Source of the DNA: Mycoplasmoides genitalium G37
GTDB lineage: Bacteria; Bacillota_I; Bacilli_A; Mycoplasmatales; Mycoplasmoidaceae
DNA: 32,000 nt
NCBI RefSeq assembly: GCF_000027325.1
Contig: NC_000908.2
Span: forward strand, 90,001-122,000
Direction: 5' to 3'
Made by a program: the position numbers and the translations under genes. The notes under the pieces were generated by a model. That model saw nothing but the letters and a program-made list of their open reading frames with translations, did not search any database and was not told where the DNA came from. Shown piece after piece: positions 31,571 to 32,000 of the stretch; the stretch's first letter is position 1; every line of letters starts with the position of its first letter.

Positions 31571-32000
31571 TTGAAAACACAAAAAAATATCTTTAAGGTC
31601 AAGGCCTTACTACTTTCACTTTTTTCTGCTGCTGTTACCATCACTATTTTTGCTTTACCTATCTTTGCAAACAATGGTTCTAAAACTGATTTAGGTTTGC
31701 TTTCTAAAAATAGTGCTGATTTTTTAGGTAGTTCAAAAAGAAGTCTTGCTGGCTTTGATACTCCTTTTAGTCCAGATAACCTCCAGTATTTAGAAAAAGA
31801 AACTGATTATGATCAGAACTTTAAAAGTTTTACTGAAAAGTTTAAAGATGAAAAAATAACTAACAACCAACTTGGTATTGTTGATATCTATAACTTATTC
31901 AGTGGTTTTCACAAGAGTGTCAAAAGCACAGTTGACTTAATGAACCAACTGCAAAAGCAAGTTGAAGCTGCTAATGCTATCTTCCCAGTTGATGATGCTT
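31571..32000 (+). CDS. Secreted or membrane-anchored protein, 5' fragment (MG096-like; from recall, MG032/MG096/MG288-type family); continues beyond the window
   Basis: Frame is open from 31505 to the window end, and the first canonical start is TTG 31571. Encodes MKTQKNIFKVKALLLSLFSAAVTITIFALPIFANNG, a signal-peptide-like N terminus. Absent from the ORF track because no stop lies in the window. Confidence 0.7.
   Translation, partial: MKTQKNIFKVKALLLSLFSAAVTITIFALPIFANNGSKTDLGLLSKNSADFLGSSKRSLAGFDTPFSPDNLQYLEKETDYDQNFKSFTEKFKDEKITNNQLGIVDIYNLFSGFHKSVKSTVDLMNQLQKQVEAANAIFPVDDA

Noticed and set aside
1-32000. Searched by eye for CRISPR repeats, tRNA or rRNA genes, IS or transposase genes, integrases, restriction-modification, toxin-antitoxin or other defence cassettes, and MgPa-type repeat blocks.
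   Set aside because: No periodic repeats and no noncoding stretch longer than 233 nt. Every long ORF is accounted for by a housekeeping, transport or surface-protein gene. I therefore do not claim a novel defence or mobile system here.

Overview
The window reads as a Mollicutes core-genome segment. From recall, gene order and product lengths match Mycoplasma (Mycoplasmoides) genitalium MG069-MG096; I could not run a search to confirm this. It is AT-rich and about 97% coding. I call 28 protein genes, 27 of them on the + strand. The supplied standard-code ORF track is fragmented because UGA encodes Trp here (translation table 4). Joining same-frame fragments across in-frame TGA restores full-length proteins. 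In order: ptsG 3' end, rpsB, a P-type cation ATPase, secA, uvrB, three unknown membrane or surface genes (MG074-like, a 1024-aa P116-like protein, and a small minus-strand membrane protein), oppBCDF, rplK-rplA, pth, tilS, hprK, lgt, rpsL-rpsG-fusA, rpsF-ssb-rpsR-rplI-dnaB, a lipoprotein, and the 5' end of another secreted protein. I see no rRNA, tRNA, CRISPR array, IS element, prophage or recognisable defence cassette. Intergenic space is tiny, with the largest gaps at 233, 183 and 110 nt. Nothing here is demonstrably a new multi-gene system. The best candidates for under-explained biology are these: (1) the MG074/P116-like/MG076 island, which is the only strand switch in the window; (2) an Opp ABC importer with no binding-protein gene, expanded subunits, and a roughly 525-codon Lys-rich insertion inside the OppF ATPase domain; (3) a structured leader with two hairpins and a T-tract directly upstream of oppB; (4) lineage-specific tails on S6, S18, S2, SSB and Lgt. 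All product calls rest on motif reading and recall, not on database searches.
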